A DNA stretch of 64,000 nucleotides from an uncultured Spirochaetota bacterium (lineage in GTDB: Bacteria; Spirochaetota; Spirochaetia; SZUA-6; Fen-1364): assembly GCA_963734545.1 (NCBI GenBank), contig CAVTHO010000007.1, positions 416,001 through 480,000 of the forward strand, in the 5' to 3' direction. A program made the translations under genes and the position numbers. Below, in pieces: positions 59,282 through 64,000 of the stretch. The notes beneath the pieces were generated by a model that saw only the letters and a program-made list of their open reading frames with translations, was not told the DNA's origin and searched no databases. The stretch's first letter is position 1. Every line of letters begins with the position of its first letter.

Positions 59282-59935
59282 ATGGCACATTCGGCGGTAC
59301 TCTTCGATCTTGACGGCACTCTTCTGGACACCCTGGAGGACCTCGGGGACTCGATGAATGTCGTCCTGCATGCCCTCGGCTTTCCCGTTCACCGTATCGA
59401 TGCGTATCGGTACTTCGTGGGAGACGGAGTCGAAAACCTTGTTCTTCGCTCCCTGCCGGAGACGGCGCGGACGAATGAGGCCCTGGTCCGCGAATCTGTC
59501 GCCAGGATGCGGGCGGAATACGCCGTACGCTGGAAAGACAAGACCCGGCTGTATGACGGCATTGCGGAGCTGCTGGACACGCTTTCGGCATGGGGGCTGA
59601 AGACGGCGATACTCTCCAACAAGCCCCACCCGGCGGTCCTTCAGGTCGTGGACCATTTCCTTGGGAAATGGCGGTTCGACGCGGCCCTGGGGGCCCGGCC
59701 CGGCGTTCCCATCAAGCCGGACCCGGGCGCGGCAGCCGAAGTGTGCCGGCTGCTGGACACCCCGCCGGAGTCGTTTCTCTACCTGGGGGACACCAACACG
59801 GATATGGTCACGGCAGGCTCAGCAGGCATGTTCGCTGTGGGGGTTCTCTGGGGCTTCCGCACGGAAGAGGAGCTGACTGCGTCCGGTGCAAGAGCCCTGA
59901 TCCATCGGCCCCTCGAGGTGCTGGGCCTGCTCTAG
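59282..59935 (+). CDS. HAD-family hydrolase (phosphoglycolate phosphatase-like)
   Basis: FDLDGTLLDT, LSNK, KPDP, YLGDTNTD. Confidence 0.9.
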   Translation: MAHSAVLFDLDGTLLDTLEDLGDSMNVVLHALGFPVHRIDAYRYFVGDGVENLVLRSLPETARTNEALVRESVARMRAEYAVRWKDKTRLYDGIAELLDTLSAWGLKTAILSNKPHPAVLQVVDHFLGKWRFDAALGARPGVPIKPDPGAAAEVCRLLDTPPESFLYLGDTNTDMVTAGSAGMFAVGVLWGFRTEEELTASGARALIHRPLEVLGLL

Positions 59936-59946
59936 CCCTCGATTCT

Positions 59947-60833
59947 CTATTGTGCCTTTATCTGCTGATCGATCAGCTTTGCCGTATCGGTGGAAGGATC
60001 CAGTTTATATCCCGCGTCAAGGGCAGCGCGCGCGGATGCCTTGTCTCCAAGACCCTTCTGGCTGTAGTAACTGAGGAGATAGGCCACCTGTGTCGCCTCG
60101 CCCGTCGGGAAGGCGGCAATGAATGGGGACAGAATGGCCAGCGCGTCCTTGAAATTGGAAGTATCGACCAGTACCTGCGACTTGAGAATGACGTAGCGCG
60201 CGTACCAGGCGGCATCCGGCGTGGGGGAAATCTGCTCCAGCGCGTGGTAGGCCCGGGCAGTCTGGCCATTGCCGTAGTACGCCGCGCCCATGAGGTAGGT
60301 GAACTCCGACTTGTCGGTCTCCGCGGAGGAATCCTTGATGGCCTCGTCGAGGACCTGGATGGCGTCCGTGAACTTCTTCTCATCCAGCAGGGCCTGCACC
60401 CGGCCGCGGGTCTCGTCATTCTCTTCCACCCACATCACAGACGCCTGTCCCTGCTCTCCGGCGCGCGCACGCCTCCGACCTGGCTGGCCTTGGACTTTTC
60501 CGTGGTCAATGATGCCAGCTTCTGCGATATGGTGCTGCCGATGCCGCCTGCCCCCGATTTTTCGGTTGCCCTGGCAAGGGCTGCCATGTCGTAGACGCCG
60601 TCCTTGAGGATCGTGATCTTGAACTTGCCCCTGAGGAGCTCGAGAGATCCGTTCTGGGAGATCCGCACGCTCGCATCAGCCGGCACCTTGTCGCCGATGG
60701 AGAGGGCCTTCCATACCTTCGCCGCCTGCAGCTCAGCGACACCGTCAAGGTAGCTGACGGAGAATGCCTGCGCACTTATCCCCGCCGTGAGCACAAGGGC
60801 GAAAACCGCCGCGAGAAGATATCGCTTGTTCAT
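59947..60833 (-). CDS. Exported FecR-like beta domain plus TPR protein; apparent frameshift ~60445
   Basis: Signal peptide and VSYLDG..W..L..GD..GGVR in 60435..60833; TPR helices in 59947..60438. Confidence 0.65.
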
Positions 60834-60886
60834 ACTTCAATAATACCACGGGAAGACTGTCTTCACAAACAATGGTGCGAGAATTT

Positions 60887-61855
60887 CTAGTTGCGAAGCT
60901 CCGCGGCGGGCTCGCGCGGCACGGCCCGCAGGCCCACACGGGCCGAGTGCCTGATCACGACGAGCTCGGCCGACCTGCCGATACGCTCGTCCGTGAGCTG
61001 CCGGTGCAGATCGTCGATGGAGGAAATCGTCTTTCCGTCAAATTCGACCAGGAGGTCCCGCACCTGCAGCCCGGCGCGCTCCGCCGGGCTGTCCGGCTCC
61101 ACGGAGATGATCAATACCCCGCTTTCAGCGCCCAGGCCCAGCACGTGGGCCGCGTGCGGAGGGACCTTCATGTTCTGGCCGCCGATTCCGAGCCATCCCC
61201 GCCGAATCCTGCCGTCGCGGATCAGCCGGGGTGCCACGTACTGCGCCGTGTTGATCGGCGTCGAAAAGCACAATCCCTGCGCGCCGAGGATGATCGCCGT
61301 ATTCACCCCGATCACCTCGCCATGAGTGGTGACCAGCGGCCCTCCCGAGTTGCCTGGATTCAGCGCCGCGTCGGTCTGGATGACGTTGTCGATGAGCCGC
61401 CCTGACTGCGAGCGGAGCGACCTGCCCACCGCGCTCACCACTCCCGCCGTCACGGTGCACTGAAATCCCAGCGGATTGCCGATGGCAATCACCAGCTGGC
61501 CGACTCGTATGGACTCGGAATTGCCGAGCTGGGCCGTGGGAAGCCCCGATTCGTGCACGCGCACGACGGCGAGATCGGTATCGGGATCGTCACCGACCAG
61601 CTCCGCCTGGAACCTGCGGCCGTCGGTGAGGGTGGCTTCCACCCGGCTGGCGCCATGCACCACGTGACTGTTGGTCAGGATGAATCCGTCCGGAGCGAAG
61701 ACGAACCCCGATCCGCTCCCGTTGCTCTCCCCGCGTCGGCCGTGGCCGCTCACCTGGATGTGCACGACAGCCGGGCTGGCCTTGTCCACCCCCTCAACGA
61801 CCGCCTGCGAGTAGGCGTCCAGAAGCTCGATATCCGATTGAATTGGTCCGCTCAT
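60887..61855 (-). CDS. Cytoplasmic HtrA-family (S1C) protease with a PDZ domain
   Basis: LLDAYS, GSGSG, TNSHVV, DLAV, QTDAALNPGNSGGPL; no signal peptide or TM. Confidence 0.92.
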   Translation of the reverse strand: MSGPIQSDIELLDAYSQAVVEGVDKASPAVVHIQVSGHGRRGESNGSGSGFVFAPDGFILTNSHVVHGASRVEATLTDGRRFQAELVGDDPDTDLAVVRVHESGLPTAQLGNSESIRVGQLVIAIGNPLGFQCTVTAGVVSAVGRSLRSQSGRLIDNVIQTDAALNPGNSGGPLVTTHGEVIGVNTAIILGAQGLCFSTPINTAQYVAPRLIRDGRIRRGWLGIGGQNMKVPPHAAHVLGLGAESGVLIISVEPDSPAERAGLQVRDLLVEFDGKTISSIDDLHRQLTDERIGRSAELVVIRHSARVGLRAVPREPAAELRN

Positions 61856-61934
61856 GACCTGTCAAAGATACGGCGCCGGCCCACTCGGGGCAACCGCGGG
61901 TGACGTGGCCGGGGCCTGCAAGTGTTGAACAGGC

Positions 61935-62687
61935 ATGAGGCATCTGGCCGCGGCGCTGCTCGCCGCGCTGACCATATCGTGCGCCGCATTCGGCTCCGGA
62001 GCAAGCGAGGATGACTCATTTTCGTATCCCGGCATCGATACGGTTTCCGTCAATGCAGAATTCCTGAACGTGGAAGTGAGCGGGGACGAAGGATCCGACG
62101 TGTCGGTGAGCTCGGATCTGCCTTCCGATTCTCTGCTCGAGTCCAGGGGCTACAAGCTGCTGCATGAAGTGGAGGGCTCGCGGCTCAAAGTATGGCTGGA
62201 AAAAGACTGGCCTTTCGCCCGGTCCACGGAAGGGACGCTCCTGGTTCAGTGCCCCCGCGACATTCGGTTGAAAATGGAAACTGTGTCAGGCCGCATCACG
62301 GTGGAGAGAATGGAAAGCGGGAATTGCGCTCTGCGCACGGTGTCCGGTGGGATCCGCTTGAGGGACATCCGCGGTGCGCTGAGCGCGGCAAGCGTTTCCG
62401 GGAGGATTTCACTGGATGCGGCCGAGGGAAGGGTGACCGTGAAGACGGTTTCCGGTGCCATCCAGGGCCACGCGCTCCTTATTGAGGAAGATTCCTCGTT
62501 TTCCACGATTTCCGGGAACATCGACATCCGACTGGATACGCCGCTGGAGCGCCTCCGGTTCGACCTTCGCTCCCTTTCGGGAAGGATCGTGGTCGGCACC
62601 GTCAGAGCGGAAAGGGGTCTGCGGATGGGGATGACCGGGGCGCTGGTGCGCGGTCAGAGCGTTTCGGGAGCCCTGATCTTCAAGTAA
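61935..62687 (+). CDS. Lipoprotein with DUF4097-like beta repeats
   Basis: Lipobox TISC; repeated TVSG.I motifs. Confidence 0.8.
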   Translation: MRHLAAALLAALTISCAAFGSGASEDDSFSYPGIDTVSVNAEFLNVEVSGDEGSDVSVSSDLPSDSLLESRGYKLLHEVEGSRLKVWLEKDWPFARSTEGTLLVQCPRDIRLKMETVSGRITVERMESGNCALRTVSGGIRLRDIRGALSAASVSGRISLDAAEGRVTVKTVSGAIQGHALLIEEDSSFSTISGNIDIRLDTPLERLRFDLRSLSGRIVVGTVRAERGLRMGMTGALVRGQSVSGALIFK

Positions 62688-62695
62688 AGCCCGGC

Positions 62696-64000
62696 CTATG
62701 TCAGGGGATCTCGGAAGAGCTCCACCGGGCGGCCCGCGAGCTGGCCTATCTTCACGTTCCTCAGCTTGTCTTCTCTCTCCCGCCAGGCAACGTGCTCGGC
62801 GGCCTGCGCCCGCGGCACGTCGAGCCGAAGATTGCCGGTCGAGCCCGTGGACCTCTTCTTTGCAATCGCCTCGACCGGGTCCCGCGTGCCCAGGTCCTGC
62901 AGGCTGCGGCCGATCTCCTGATACGCATCCCTGAACGGCATGCCGTCGGAAACGAGCTCCAGCGCCCTGTCGGTGGCGAATATCTCCGGCGTGAACGCGG
63001 CGCGCAGACGGTCCTGGTTCACGACGAGCCTGTCGATGGTCAGGTCCATGATCCGCACGCAGCCCAGACCCGACTCGCAGCCCCTGAAAAAAGGACCCTT
63101 TGTTTCCTGGAAGTCCCTGTTGTACCCGGTGGGGAGAGACCGGATGATGCCCTTGATCTGCCAGGACGTCCGCAGAGATACCCGCGCTTTTTGCCCGGAC
63201 GAGCTCCAGCCCATCCGGATTCCTCTTCTGCGGCATCATGCTGGATCCCGTGCACAACTCCTCGGGAAGGGTGAAATATCCGAACTCCGGGAGAGAGAAG
63301 AGGATGAGGTCCTGGGCCATCTTGGAGAGAGTAAGGGCCGCCTGTTCGACCGCCTCCAGCGCGATGGACTCGAATTTGCCCCTGCTGTTGTTCGCATAGA
63401 GCACGTTGTTCTGGACCCGGGAAAAGCCGAGTAGGTCCGCTACCATCTCCCTGTCAGCGGGGAGGGGTGAGCCGTAGCTGGCTGCCGAGCCGAGGGGACA
63501 GCAGTCGAGCAGGGAAAAAGCATTCCGGGCGAGCGCCGCGTCGTCCAGGAGCTCTTCCGCAAACGCCCCTGCCCACAGGCCCACGGAAGAAGGCATGGCA
63601 AGCTGCGTGTGCGTTCTCCCCGGCATGGGCACGCGCGCATGCGCTTCGGCGAAATCGAGCAGCCGCGCAGATCAGGTCCAGGCAGGCTTTCTGGAACGAG
63701 AAAAGGAATCCCCTGCTCCAGAGCCGAAGCGCGGTGAGCACCTGGTCGTTTCGCGACCTGCCGGTGTGGATCCGCTTGCCCGTGTCTCCCAGTGCGCGCA
63801 CGAGGTGATTCTCGATCGCGGTATGCACGTCCTCGTCCGACCGACTGATGAAGAATTTACCCCTTTCGTTCAGCTCGATGATGCCGGCCAGCTCCTTGAC
63901 CAGTGAATCTGCTTCCGCCCGGGAAAGTATGCCGATGGAAGAGAGCATCCTCGCATGGGCCATGCTGGACACGCAGTCCGCGTTCACGAGCCTCGCATCC
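62696..64000 (-). CDS. argH: Argininosuccinate lyase (5' end outside the window; apparent frameshifts ~63670 and ~63165)
   Basis: EDVHTAIE, IHTGRSRNDQV, MPGRTHTQ, PLGSAA, GSSMMPQKRNPD, YNRDFQ, PFRDAY. Confidence 0.92.

Overview
High-GC bacterial chromosomal segment, most likely from a free-living Spirochaetota genome. This is inferred from the murG-holB-like-HK-sigma54 regulator synteny, the RecJ insertion, the JAB-DinG fusion and the stand-alone groES. It is mostly housekeeping: lon, recO, thpR, pdp, recJ, rpsU, a polar amino-acid ABC transporter, rnhA, a ComM-like ATPase, two HtrA proteases, uvrB, a TPP-riboswitch thiBPQ operon, murG, lysC, punA, a UvrD-family helicase and argH. About 13 single-base frameshifts are probably assembly errors. 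Five features stand out. (1) A 9.4-kb block between two inward-facing tRNA-Met genes carries GDH, a HydABC/Bfu-like trio with no H-cluster, an FMN-domain-only glutamate synthase, and a type III PKS with two methyltransferases. (2) A dispersed and tandem non-coding repeat is built from GGA-loop hairpins (CsrA-site-like) with compensatory changes. (3) A coupled pair of class III cyclase-like proteins has partly complementary active-site halves and is followed by a His-less sensor kinase. (4) A canonical sigma54 promoter precedes an RpoS-like sigma factor, with Hk2/Rrp2-like genes in the same window. (5) Several enzymes look degenerate (DapF, PanE-like). All calls rest on motif recognition by eye; no database searches were run.
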